Program-made: the position numbers and the translations under genes
Part shown: positions 63,872 through 64,000 of the stretch, piece by piece
Layout of the letters: each line of letters starts with the position of its first letter
Position numbering within the stretch: position 1 is the stretch's first letter
Notes under the pieces: model-generated
The model's input: the letters and a program-made list of their open reading frames with translations, nothing else
What the model was told of the DNA's origin: nothing
Database searches by the model: none
Assembly (NCBI RefSeq): GCF_000737315.1
Contig: NZ_JMCB01000010.1
Location: 62,001 to 126,000 of the forward strand
Source of the DNA: Hyalangium minutum
GTDB lineage: Bacteria > Myxococcota > Myxococcia > Myxococcales > Myxococcaceae
Length of the DNA: 64,000 bases
Direction of reading: 5' to 3'

Positions 63872-64000
63872 GAATCCCGGGAGGCCCTCCCCTCTGGCAC
63901 CCGAAGCTTTGTTCCGGGGATGCAACTTTTTCCGGGTTCAGGCGATAATTACCGCACCATGAAGACCTCCCGGACTGATCCGCGCCCTGCCCCACTCCGC

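Noticed and set aside
63895-63909. Sigma54 promoter at TGGCAC
   Set aside because: No GC at the -12 position with the required spacing.
63810-63995. 61-aa ORF upstream of the TBDR
   Set aside because: Atypical composition, no motifs, and it overlaps the likely promoter region.

Overview
High-GC myxobacterial chromosome segment, most likely Cystobacterineae (inferred from gene content). By my recollection of gene order it is syntenic with Myxococcus xanthus MXAN_46xx; I could not check this by alignment. Left end: a decayed tyrosine-integrase remnant at the 3' end of tRNA-Gly(GCC). Then pgsA, TPR/AIM24, a lytic transglycosylase, nadB, rhomboid, LOG, a trypsin gene plus its pseudogene, pyrE, padC-bacP-bacO-bacN-agmH, a TPR protein and sgmT. 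Next come an OmpA protein with a lipoprotein, tlyA-dxs-ispA-response regulator-xseB-xseA, and a Tad-like cluster matching the published Kil predation cluster 2, with an ECF sigma/anti-sigma pair. After these lie orphan oppD/oppF, two MshEN proteins, DUF4292 and exbB/exbD. The right ~13 kb looks accessory: a secreted CxxCH prenyltransferase-like barrel, DDAH, a methyltransferase, a second xseB/xseA, two TonB-dependent receptors, a hydrolase and a beta-helix lipoprotein. The strongest lead is two distinct exonuclease VII systems with different appended targeting modules. XseA1 has an N-terminal QGDLF beta-clamp-type motif and XseB1 ends in an SSB-tip-like EDDVPF. XseA2 carries an N-terminal HARP-like domain. 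No CRISPR array, rRNA or intact mobile element was seen. All domain calls come from motif recognition by eye, not database searches.
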